Shown here: positions 52,401-64,000 of the stretch, in pieces
How positions within the stretch are numbered: position 1 is the first letter of the stretch
Layout: each line of letters starts with the position of its first letter
Position numbers and translations under genes: made by a program
The notes under the pieces: generated by a model
What the model saw: the letters and a program-made list of their open reading frames with translations, nothing else
The model's database searches: none
What the model was told of the DNA's origin: nothing
Assembly (NCBI RefSeq): GCF_006345805.1
Contig: NC_042999.1
Span: 20,336,001 to 20,400,000 of the forward strand
Length of the DNA stretch: 64,000 nt
Direction: 5' to 3'
Origin: Octopus sinensis
Taxonomy: Eukaryota

Positions 52401-52559
52401 AACGAGCAATAATCGTGCAGTTAATGATAATAAAGACCATCCTGAAATATTATAATAACTGTTTCAACACTCAATTTCACACCAGAAATCTTGCAAAACA
52501 AATCCATAAGCGTAAAAAAAAAATTATATTAGAATGTTTAGAATCAAAATATTTTAAAG

Positions 52560-53650
52560 GCAATCTTTATCACCTCTTGGTATTTTCCATGTGTTGACAT
52601 TCATCAAGAATTTAGGCAGCTTCTTGAATTAATATCATCTCCAACGATTGCTCATGCTCTGCACGTACTGCTTTGAACATTCCCATCCATAGATTTACAA
52701 TTACTGTTCGTGCATATCTCCAAGTTTGTGCACTTGTGTTTCATTAGTCTTATTTTGTTGTTACATAATTGTACTACTTGTTTTGTCCAAAGATGCCCTA
52801 TAGTTTGTTATCGTAATAAATTATTAGCGATTTATCAAGGATCTTTTGTTTCAGACTTTCTTGGAGTACGAATAGTTCCTGTTTTCAATTTTGTCTTTAT
52901 GCTATTCATTTCATTGAGAATTAAGAAATAACTTATTTTTCTATTTTCTATTTCTTCGAGTTGCTTCCTTGGATGTGCATATTCATTAAATAGTAAATCA
53001 GTGAAAGTATCTATTTTCACTTCTATTTGCTATGACTATTGCATATATCATTTCGTTTATCCTTGTGGTATTGATGCACGCATCAGTTTTCTTGAAATCA
53101 ACGAAGATCGTTTTCCTTAGCGTCTTTGTTATATCGTCGGAAAATTTCATTTGTAGAAGAAAAGGTATTCTTTTATTCCGTAAGAATATTTTGTATACAT
53201 TCCAATTACTTAAGCATTGCTACATTCAGATTATCTTTGATATACCCAGAAATTATATATTTACATATGACGTTTCTATTTTAAAATCTTTCTCATAATT
53301 GCTTCCAATATATATTTTTTTGTTTGAGATGCTTTTGTTCGGCATTTGCTGGTCAGTACTTAATAGATATGACTGAGGTTTCTTTTGTGATCAGATATTT
53401 CTTCTTATTTTGTACAGAAGTTCTGCTATCTTCATGGCTTATGTTCTTAATTTTATATAAAATAACCTTCTTGGTTTTTGTTCGTGTTTGTCTGACATTG
53501 TTTGACTTTTAAATGTTCTATTGCTATGTCTGGTATATCTTTACTTTTGAGCATACATCTTCATGACTTCGATCATCTGTTGCGACCAAAAACTAGGTTT
53601 ATATTACTGTTATTTTTCTTCTCATTAATATGAGAAAATGTTAATGTAGT
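52560..53650 (-). pseudogene. Heavily decayed LINE ORF2-like remnant
   Basis: A-rich coding-like minus strand with weak resemblance to the motifs preceding RT; many stops. Confidence 0.3.
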
Positions 53651-53940
53651 GTTCGCATTTTCTGTGTGTAGAGTACTACTGTAAAATATACATGATGATA
53701 AGAAACATATTCCCTTCATATTTATTTATGATTGTGATTTTTGACTGCGAGGTATAATGATTAAAGTCCATCCTCTTATTTAGATTGTCATGATCATTAG
53801 CTCGGTATCGGTTCAATCGTTTGGTGCAATGAACTTTTAAAATCTGAGTGATTTGGTATGTTTATATGCATCGAACTCAAACATACTGTTTCCAACCGTT
53901 TTTTAAAACGTTGGGTTTCAAATTTTTGTTGTATTTATAA

Positions 53941-55120
53941 CTAATAGAAATATCCGGCGTTTTCCGCGTTAAAGAAAATAACGAAATTTAAAAGTGCCCT
54001 TTAGATCTCTAACATGAAACATAGACAACTCAGGCGTTACCTCCTAGTAGTTGAGATACTAACTTTATACATTAATAAGCTGGTGTTTCCCAGGTTATTG
54101 AAAATAATGAAATTTAAGCCTGCCTTTTAAATCTCTAAGTAAAATCAAACATGGATCATGCACTTCTCACCAGTAATTAGCTGAGGTACAAACTATTAAT
54201 GTCAATAATATGTTTTATCCAATGTTCTCACTGTTAAAATTGTTAAAATAAACCAGGTAGTTCTTTGTCTTTGCAATCACCTTCAGTTGTCAGTATTTAT
54301 TTGAAACCCGTTGAACCTGAAAATCCATAAATTTTAGAAGAACCGGCCTGCGGACGTTCCCCTCCTGTTAATAAGTACATTTAACAAAAATTCTATCAGA
54401 TGGCATGAGAATAAACAAATGTATTGAAACAATACGGGAAATCAATCACACTTTAATTATCTAGAGCTTCTAAATATACGATGTTTTCAGTGTGTCCTTT
54501 AATTGGTGTATGGATAAAATGATTTTGGGGAATTCCAATTCGCGAACATACTACATATAATTGCCCATGAAAGAAGCAGTGACGTCCAATAACCTTGAGA
54601 GACTGTCTTTGAGACGTGTTTATTGACATAGCGAAACTTGGTTTCACTGGGAACTGGAAGCATTTAAATTTAAAGGGAAGGTCATGTGGGATTAATGAGA
54701 TCCGTGGAATGAAAATATCCTCAGCCTTATAGTTCCCAGTCATAACTGTTGTCCGTAGGACATGGAGTCGCATCGCTTTCACCACCAGTCTGTTGCCATT
54801 GCACAGAGGAAGAGGATCCAGATTCTCGAGCAGCAGGATTGGGGCCACCTTTTTAAGTGTTAACTGGTGACTGTAGAGAGTTCAGGAATTCAAGTGAAAA
54901 AACTACAGCTTGGTCTTGATCTATGATAGTGACGAGGAATTTGAAAGACTGTTCTTGTCCAGGCAACAGCTGCAAGAGGTCCCAGTTGATTTTGTTGACA
55001 GCATCATTACGTGAAGCTAAGATAGCTCGCGCATAGAGCCATTGACTGTTGCTAAAGTTTTGTGCAATGTTTGGGTGCACGTGCATTATGAGATTATTGA
55101 CAGTTGGTACTATCTCACCA
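53941..55120 (-). mobile_element. Helitron 3' part: PIF1-like helicase C-terminal pseudogene (54453-55086) and 3' end
   Basis: RAILA..N..V..IN...LPG; LCNG.RL; IPRISL; QFPVK.SFAMSIN.SQ.QSL; HGQLYV..SR; hairpin plus TTAG terminus at 53941. Confidence 0.88.
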
Positions 55121-55387
55121 CAGGCTTTCTGCCTCCGCTGACTTTGAATGATGATAACTTTCAGAAAAATTGATATTTTTAATGAAGTTTTCTACGAATA
55201 TGTGTTATAGCATATAGATTCCGAACATGCAAACATTTTTGGGAACAGTATTTTAGGAGGGAATTGGGAGGATTTTCGGAAAATTCAATTCGTCTTAACT
55301 TTTAGGAGATGGATATTTTTAATGAAATTGTCTACAAATATACCCCGGCCTATGTAGATTCGAAGCATATATGATATTGGGGGAATA

Positions 55388-55810
55388 TAAGGCGGCAAGC
55401 TGGTAGAAACATTAGCGCGTCGGGTGAAATGCTTAGCGGTATTTCGTCTGCCGTTACGTTCTGAGTTCAAATACCGCCGAGGTCGACTTTGCCTTTCATC
55501 CTTTCGGGGTCGATAAATTAAGTACCAGTTACGCACTGGGGTCGATGTAATCGACTTAATACCTATGTCTGTTCTTGTTTGTCCCCTCTGTGTTTAGCCC
55601 CTTGTGGGTAATAAAGAAATAGGTATTTCGTCTGCCGTTACGTTCTGAGTTCAAATTCCGCTGAGGTCGACTTTGCCTTTCATTCTTTCGGGATCGATTA
55701 AATAAGTACCTCTTACGAACTGGGGTCGATATCATCGACTTAATCCGTTTGTCTGTCCTTGATAGTGCTCTATGTGTTTAACCCCTTGTGGGTAGTAAAA
55801 ATATAGATAT
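55388..55810 (+). mobile_element. SINE family B dimer
   Basis: One head, two core-plus-tail blocks. Confidence 0.88.
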
Positions 55811-57267
55811 TGGGGAAAAAAATTGCAGGTTATTTTTGCGAACTGCTGCACACTGGTGGTGGGGTGAAACAATCGTCCATGTTTGTTTCAGTCTTTTGTG
55901 CGTTTGTGCATCCATATATAACCCTTAACCGTATCCGTAACATTTCGGGAAAAAAGTTAAGGAGCGGAGCGTATTAAAATGTCTAAAAGTAGATTTTTTT
56001 GCATATTCAGAATCTCCGTTGGAGACAAAGTCTGAATCCGTAGAGAAAAAAAAAAGCACAATGGGGTTGCATCCTTATTCTCAGTGTCCTCGCCCACACA
56101 TATGTATAATGAAAAAAAGTTCAAATGGGGAATTATTCCATTCAATATCGTGTTTATATATAGAGATTATGTAACAAATTATACTTTACACTTCTATATT
56201 TGACTGTGTGTGTATATTCCTTATTTTTGCTTCTGGTGTCTTCTGCCTTTCTATAAGAACCGTTTACCTAGGAATTTACTTAAGGTGAAAAAATAGTCGT
56301 ATGCAACAGGTAAGTTGTCTTAATAACATATATATGTGTACCAGACATTTAGCTGTTATTTTTAGCACGAGTTTTCTGGTGAGGACTTCATTTGTCTTTA
56401 TTGCCTGTTGCTTCAGTAGAAATATACGAATGCACAAAGTAACACAACAGAGAAACTGTAACAAATATGGACGACGTGTTCTGAAACACCCCCGAGTGGG
56501 GAACAGTTCTGAAAAATAACTCCCTATTGCTTTTCCTCCAAATTTCTAAATTCTCGGAATCTACATAGTCCGAGGTATATTTGTAGACATTGTCATGAAA
56601 AATTATCCATTTTCCTGAAAGTTAAACTAATTGAAGTGGAAGCCGTTGAAGTTTCCGAAAATCCTCCCAATTCCCTCCTGAAAAACTTTTCCCAAAAATG
56701 TTTGTATGTGCGGAATCTATATGATATAACACATATTCATAGAAAATTTCATTAAGAAATATCCGTTATTCTGAAAGTTAGGACCATCCAAAGTCGGTGA
56801 GGGGAGTGCAGAAATCTGTAGTTATGCTCTGTTGACAATTGATCAATTCAAGGAAATTTCTGTATGAAATATTTTTCCCCACACACACTCTCACATAGGC
56901 ATATATCTCACACAAATAAAAACCCCGAGAAGAATATAAAAAATGAAAGCAGCTTTAGAAATTCCTTTTTACCTGAAATTGTCCCTACTGTATCTGTGTA
57001 AATAGCTGGTTTCTTAGTTACTATGTTGACATTTACAAAATAGTGAAGTGAAAGTGTTAATATATCAATTTGCGCCAAGAATAATCACATGGGATTTAAA
57101 TGTGAATTATGAAGTTTTAATAAGAGACTTGTTCTAAAACTGTCCGAAACATATATTGGAAAATCAAGGTACTATACAGAGTACCTCATTTAATTAATTG
57201 AGACAAAGGCGTCTATCTCCGTATGAAATTTTTTTCTGACATGAAATTACGTTTAGAAATTCTTTAT

Positions 57268-57704
57268 GGATCTTTTCGGTTTGAACGGCAGTTTTTTCTA
57301 ACGGTGTCATATGAAATTGTCACCATAATTATGACCCTAGTATCGATCTATTGCATTTCAATCTGTTTTAGGGTTAGGGTTAGTTAGGGTTAGGGTTTGG
57401 GTTAGGGGCGGAGAGAAGGGTACCTTGTTTTCTTCAGAAATGTAAATAAACCCAATCTGTTTCTTAAACGAGGGACATATTCATACGGCACAGAATGCTT
57501 TCACCTCAATAGACGTCATTGATTGGTTGAAATTGCAGAAATTGAAGACAAAAACAACAAATATCTCACAAACTATAGAATTTTCTCAATAAAGCTAAGA
57601 GAAAAAGATGTTTTATAAACACATTCTACCAGTATACGACGTTTAAAAGTGTTTAGTTACGTGGAAATTATTTTAAAAAACTGCCTGCCAAAAAGAAAAT
57701 ATCC
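57268..57704. mobile_element. MITE with ~30-bp TIRs and an internal (TTAGGG)-like run at 57368-57408
   Basis: ggatcttttcggtttgaacggcagtttttt vs reverse complement ggatattttctttttggcaggcagtttttt. Confidence 0.7.
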
Positions 57705-57847
57705 TTCTTTTTTATTAGAAATCGTCACAAGTGTAATGATGGATACATATGTGTGTACGTATATAGCTGGTTGTGACAGCAAAGACAAGAAGTTCAAACA
57801 CAGGAAGTTGAGGAAACAATTTTAAGAAGTGAATTTTTATATATATA

Positions 57848-58235
57848 CTAGGAGTATCGCCCGGCGTTGCTCGGGTTTGTAAGGGAAATAACTATATAAG
57901 CATTTTTAGAGAGTTATAGCTAAAAAATAGCAAAAAATGCATTAAAAATGGAAAAAAATTGATGGTAAATTTTTTTTAAATCGTTGACTCATCGTAGACA
58001 TTTTTAGAGAGTTACTTCCCTTATATAATAGCGAAAAATGCATTAAAATGGAAAAAAATGATGGTAATTTTTTTTTTAATCGTAGACTCATGGTAGACGC
58101 GCGCTAATATCCAGACGGGCTCGATATGAAGCACGGCTATAAGATACCCGGTTTTGGTTAAACTGCACCGCAAAATGTGGGAGTAGTTAGGAATCTAAAT
58201 CGACAGACACACAACTTGACTTTCATAATTAAAGA
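57848..58235 (-). mobile_element. Non-autonomous Helitron, copy 3
   Basis: Same ends and body as 3284. Confidence 0.82.
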
Positions 58236-58695
58236 TTATGAGCAATATTATTTATTTTTTAATAATGAAAAAAATAAGACATCAGGACCGTATTTTTCTT
58301 TCCATGGTCAAATTATTCACGTACTCCAAGTATGATACAGATTGATCCAGAGGTTAGAGCATGCATTGAGGACACTTACACACACACACACACGCAGACA
58401 TGGTATTTTATATATTGAGATTTCACGTACATTTCGTAGTGTATTCAATCTGTCGTGTGATTCTTTGATATTCACTCTGTTAGTTTCTTTATTGTTAGTT
58501 TCTTCTAACTCTGTTAGTTTCTTAATCTGCCGTTTGTGCGAGCATTTGTAGCATATTACACGTTTTTAAAGCAATTCAATTTCAGTAACAATTCCCTGTA
58601 TTATACAGGAACACTTGTGTGAATTTTTGCTAACGCTAGAATAATATTATTAGTAAAACATCGACAATACACTAGATTGGGATAAGAATTGATCA

Positions 58696-59667
58696 TGGCT
58701 TAGAAATGGCGATCTGAAAGGATGCTTTGAAGTTCTGATGTTCAGCGCCCGGGGGGCAGGCTTTTCAAACTAACTACGTTAAACATTATGTTGACAAAAC
58801 GAGAGATTCACTATTATGTGGAATGTGTGGGACAATCAGAAAAACGGTCAGCCATCTTGTAAGCTAATGTGCTGAATTTTCACAGCGGGAGTACAAAAGA
58901 CGACACGATAATGTTGCTAGTTATATCCACTGGATGATATCTGAGTAATGTGGGTTCGCCAGAGAGGCTAAATAGTGAAAGTAAAATGCAAAAGCGGGGT
59001 TAGAGAACGACTAATTTAAGCTTTTGTGGGTCCTCACCATTCAGTGTGAGAGAATGATTAAGACAAGAAGACCAGAGATTGTAGTTGTCAACAAAAAAGT
59101 AAAAAAAAAAAAAAAACAGGCCCAAATTATCGATATCTCTTTCCCCCAAAATAGCAGGGTGAAAACTACAGAGAACGAGAAAGTAGAGAAGTCTGAACCA
59201 CTGAAGGAAAAGATTCGAAATTTATGGCGGGGGGAATAAAAAAGTTTTAAGAGATTCCAGTAGTGATCGGAGCATTGGGATGCATATCAGACAGTTTCGA
59301 TTATTGTGGAAATAAAATCGAATCTGATGTATGCCCAACTGACAACAAGGTATGCGATAAGGAAGAAATAAAAGTTGAGAGATATGACTGGTTAGCTTGA
59401 TAAGTTAAGCAGTTGTGGTCGATGAAAAAGGTAGCAGTAGTACCAATAATTGTCGGAGCCCTGGGAACGGTGAGCAAAAACCTCGAGAAGTACGTGGAAC
59501 AAATAGGGGCTGCAATAATGTCGGAGTACTTACAGCAAACAGCACTGCTTGGAACAGCTCGAATACTTCGGAAGGTGCTCGAAAAATAAGAGGTGTTACC
59601 TTAGTTCACTGGTAGTGAACAGCTGACACTGCAGTACATCTCCAGCGTTAGAAGCTATGCAAAGGCA
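58696..59667 (+). mobile_element. R4/Dong-type non-LTR 3' fragment: CCHC knuckle plus restriction-like endonuclease, degenerate, with (AAT)n tail
   Basis: WLRNGDLK...C.MC....TVSHL...C...Y.RRHDNVASYIHW; RRPEIVV...IIDIS.P; ends TARILRKVLEK*. Confidence 0.85.
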
Positions 59668-59682
59668 ATAATAATAATGATG

Positions 59683-59732
<50 letters not shown>

Positions 59733-59743
59733 TAATAATAATA

Positions 59744-60640
59744 GACGTTTAACAGAGAGAACACCGGGGACGTTTAACATGTGAGAACGATAAAACAGTG
59801 CTCCGAAATCTATAAAAAACATCGAAAACAAAGACATCGTATGGAGCCAAAAAATAGCTGACAAAGGATTGTATTATATCCGAGTAAGCAATACTCATTG
59901 AAATTTATTACTATTTTCGAAACGAAATAATGTAGTTTAACTCGATATCATCTCCAGCTCTAACACAACGCATGTAAACATGCGTGATACATTACGATAC
60001 ATCAACACCAGATTATCTCCGACCCCAAACACCATGTACAAAAAACTACGAAGAAATTAAATAACACCGATATTATTCAACCCAAGAATAACAATCGGGG
60101 AGTATGTACTTTAAACTTACAACATAAAATGTACGAAAAACTACACGCGCAAAACAATGTGATAACAGAAATGAACGGACCGGTACCCTACGAAAATGAC
60201 GACCGTCAAAATAATGTGCCGGACGTTGTTTCTAATGTCCCGCAAATAAAACCCAAAAGACATAAATGGACACGTGAGGAATACATTTCTATCCTACACG
60301 CTTACTTTACAGCAGTACTCTACCCAAAGAATGAAAACACAACAAAACATACATATAAAATATGGAAGAAAAATAACATAAATATAGATTTGGATACAGC
60401 AATGAAGCCTAATAAACTAGCTAACGTACGAAGATATACATAACAAAAACACCAGGACTTACAAACACATATAACATACAGAAAATTGCACTACTGGGCA
60501 CTGCACACATCCTACGCAGAACACTTTCCATACAATAACCATCAGAGCATCACAACAAATTACAGCACATACCCAAGGTGCACAGAGCTGCGCTCGGTAG
60601 GGAAGTGAAAGCACGCTATAAAAATAAAACTACTGAATAA
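59744..60640 (+). mobile_element. R4/Dong-type element with its 5' region joined directly to its 3' end (internal deletion)
   Basis: KRHKWTREEY N-terminal motif in ORF 60129-60443; 60436-60640 is nearly identical to 61199-61400. Confidence 0.7.
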
Positions 60641-60682
60641 TAATATAATAATAATAATATAATAATAATAATAATAATAATA

Positions 60683-60790
<108 letters not shown>

Positions 60791-60819
60791 AAGAAGAAGA
60801 AGAAGAAGAAGGAATATAT

Positions 60820-61400
60820 TCACAGACATGACAGAGTTAGAACCTACATACACTGGAAGCTATGCACACATTATGGAATAACAACAGAAAAAAGATGGTA
60901 TAGGCACACACCAGAAAAGGTCACGGAAAACGAGAAAGCAACATACTCTGGGATATGTCGATACACACAGATAGTGAAATTAAGCCAACAGACCAGATAT
61001 AGTTGTCAGAGATCATGAAGAAAAAAAATGCTTTCTAATTGAGTATCAATACCGGCAGATGACAACTTTTCTCTAAAAGAAACGGAGAAACTTTCAAAAT
61101 ACAAGACCTGGAAATAGAGGTAACCAGAATGTGGAATCTAAAACCAGAAACAATTCCTATCATAGTAGGTGCATTAGCATTATAAAAAATATTCAGACAA
61201 ATACATAACAAAACACCAGGACTTACAAACACATATAACATACAGAAAATTGCACTACTAGGCACTGCACACATCCTACGCAGAACACTTCCCATACAAT
61301 AACCATCAGAGCATCACAACAAATCACAGCACATACCCAAGGCACACAGAGCTGCGCTCGGTAGTGAAGTGAAAGCACGCTATAAAAATAAAACTACTGA
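60820..61400 (+). mobile_element. R4/Dong-type 3' fragment (restriction-like endonuclease, frameshifted)
   Basis: ILWDMSIHTD..IK...PDIV...KETEKLSKYK; IALLGTAHILRRTL. Confidence 0.85.
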
Positions 61401-61551
61401 ATAATAATAATATAATAATAATAATAATAATAAATAATAATAATAACAATAATAATAATGATAATCAATAATAATAATAATAAATAATAATAATAATATA
61501 ATATAATAATAATAATAATATTATAATAATAATAATAATCATATAATAATC

Positions 61552-61586
<35 letters not shown>

Positions 61587-61668
61587 TAATAAATAATAAT
61601 AATAAATAATAATAATAATGATAATCATAATAATAATAATAATAATAAATAATAATAATAATATAATA

Positions 61669-61720
<52 letters not shown>

Positions 61721-61760
61721 TATAATAATAATAATATAATAATATAATAATATAATAATA

Positions 61761-61797
<37 letters not shown>

Positions 61798-61825
61798 TAT
61801 AATAATAATAATAACAATAATAACA
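61400..61825. repeat. (AAT)n microsatellite (also 59668-59743 and 60640-60760)
   Basis: Direct inspection. Confidence 0.95.
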
Positions 61826-62407
61826 TCATCGCTGATAAGTATAATATTATGGTTCTTTAGAAACATTACAGTTACTACTGCTGCCACTGATATATACACT
61901 GCCTGTTCTTTCTCAAGTCGACACATATTATTCCAAAATGCAATAAAATAAACAAGTATTTGCTATCATTAAAATCCACTGAATAATCCTTATCCTGAAG
62001 CTATCTATGGATTTTGTCTTCCCAGTTTAACTGCTTGTGCCGTTTTTGGTATTATTTCCTTTCACTATATCCACCATTAATACAACAACCACCGCTTTCT
62101 ACCAACTGAAAATATTTCTATATCCATTTTAACTCTATCGCATCTTTTTAGAATTAATCTTTGCTTTATGAAACAAATTCTGCTGTGGCACACACAGACA
62201 CACACTTGCGTACACACTGACGAGCCTACATATACGTTTGTGCGTTACCACACGCCTACAACGCGCATACATATGCACACACACACAAACACACAAATAT
62301 ACACACATACATATATATATGTATGTACACCGCCCATGGATATAATAAATTTATGCATTCATATTAGACATAAGCACAGGTATACACACATGTATATATG
62401 TGCATGC

Positions 62408-62439
<32 letters not shown>

Positions 62440-62591
62440 GACTTTATTCTTTATACTCATCTCACACATACATGTGTATTCGTATATAAATTTATATATA
62501 TATATACATATCTATATATAAAAAAAAAATATATATATATATGACTTTGTACTATATACACATCTCACACATAATGTGTATTCGTATATGA

Positions 62592-62641
<50 letters not shown>

Positions 62642-63744
62642 TTATATATATTCATACGCGAGCATGTCAAGATTTTTGTTCATATATGTGGAACGAGGAG
62701 AGGAGGAAAAAGAGAGATATGGAGAGCGTTTTTGTTACGAGATTTTTGAAAATCAGCAATAAATGACACTTAGAATATATTTAGAAGATTTATTCATCAA
62801 AATGCGTATTAACAATAGTAAAACTGACTACTGTATTGGCAAAGAAATATATACGTTTTCATTTTTCATTAATATCATTATCTATCTGTCCGTTTCAATT
62901 CCAATTTGTTTCTCTTCTTTTCTATCTTCCTTACTGCCTATTCGTCTGTTGTTCTTTCCATCAACCTATATTTCTGTCAATATCCTTTTTTTTGTTTCGT
63001 TTTGAGTTAGTCTTTTGCAAGGTGGGTCAGTTTCTGTGACCTTTTTCTGGGTCTACCAAACCGGTGATAGATCGATGCAGTTGATATTCCTGCTTGAACA
63101 GTTGTAGGTCAATGGTTTCAGGAAAAGTGAGAGATTGGGTAGGGCGTTACAGATGATTGATCTATCCATAAAACTATACGAAGTGACTACTACCGGTTCT
63201 GTTGGCAATGACACATCGCGGTTGACAGGACAAGGAACGATATGTGCTTCAGATAAACCTGAGTGGAAAATATATACAGCAAGCTATATATTTCAAAGAT
63301 AGTAACGATCATTTTTAGTATCGATATGAGAGGCAAACAGAAAGCCATGCTTCTATGAGTCACTCGCTGTAATATGTCGGAAGATAGAAATGCTTCTTCC
63401 AGTCAGTCGAATGATCATCCTTTGGAGGCATTTGAAGATATCTCTATCATTGTTTCTTTTACTTTATTTCACTCCATTTTCTCAAAGCTTCCCTTTTCTT
63501 CTGTCTATCTATCTCTCTTCTTTAGAATCACATGTGTAGCATTGTTCGTTTAGTGGAATTATTGGCAATCACCCTGATGTTCGGACATCGTGCGTTTCCA
63601 TTTAAACCGATCTCTGCGTTTTGTTGAAACTAATGAAATTAGCATTGTTAGTGAAAACACTAATATTTACAGCAGTGTCGCTTACCACACTTTTTTAATA
63701 TCAATCCATTCAAGAATAGTCATACGAATGATAAATTATTATCT

Positions 63745-63966
<222 letters not shown>

Positions 63967-64000
63967 GTATTGTTATCGTAATTATTATCATTTTATTATT

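Noticed and set aside
57368-57408. True telomere
   Set aside because: Short, degenerate, internal and enclosed by MITE TIRs
63020-63255. Minus-strand peptide LTFPETIDL...YQLH resembling a USP protease motif
   Set aside because: In-frame stop immediately upstream and no proper His box; likely coincidence

Overview
AT-rich eukaryotic DNA that is almost all repeats. The tRNA-derived SINE families and the (TA)n/(TACA)n/(AAT)n microsatellites point to an octopus (coleoid cephalopod) genome; this is inferred from remembered repeat families, not from a search. No complete host gene is visible, only one plausible 84-bp exon (50147-50230, minus). The window holds about 35 SINE copies, two mariner elements with terminal inverted repeats (TIRs), several MITEs, three non-autonomous Helitrons plus a Helitron helicase remnant, an RTE 3' end, a nest of R4/Dong-type retrotransposon fragments in (AAT)n, and Penelope-like element (PLE) pieces abutting (TA)n. 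The main discovery is a set of type I hammerhead ribozymes (HHRs) in several unrelated repeat families. The best case is a young tandem array at 5453-7634. It has four ~488-bp units, each with a minus-strand HHR (8-bp helix I, CUGAAGA core, long stem II, GAAA, 12-nt palindromic helix III, GUA cleavage site), and ends in an inverted partial copy. This is the architecture of a non-LTR retrozyme predicted to yield ~490-nt monomeric or circular RNAs. Other hits are a G3-C8 compensatory core variant (27413-27462), a second long-stem-II HHR next to a PLE reverse transcriptase (RT) fragment (31117-31205), an HHR inside a long inverted repeat (15078-15122), and several decayed HHRs. All structures were paired by eye and none has been tested for activity.
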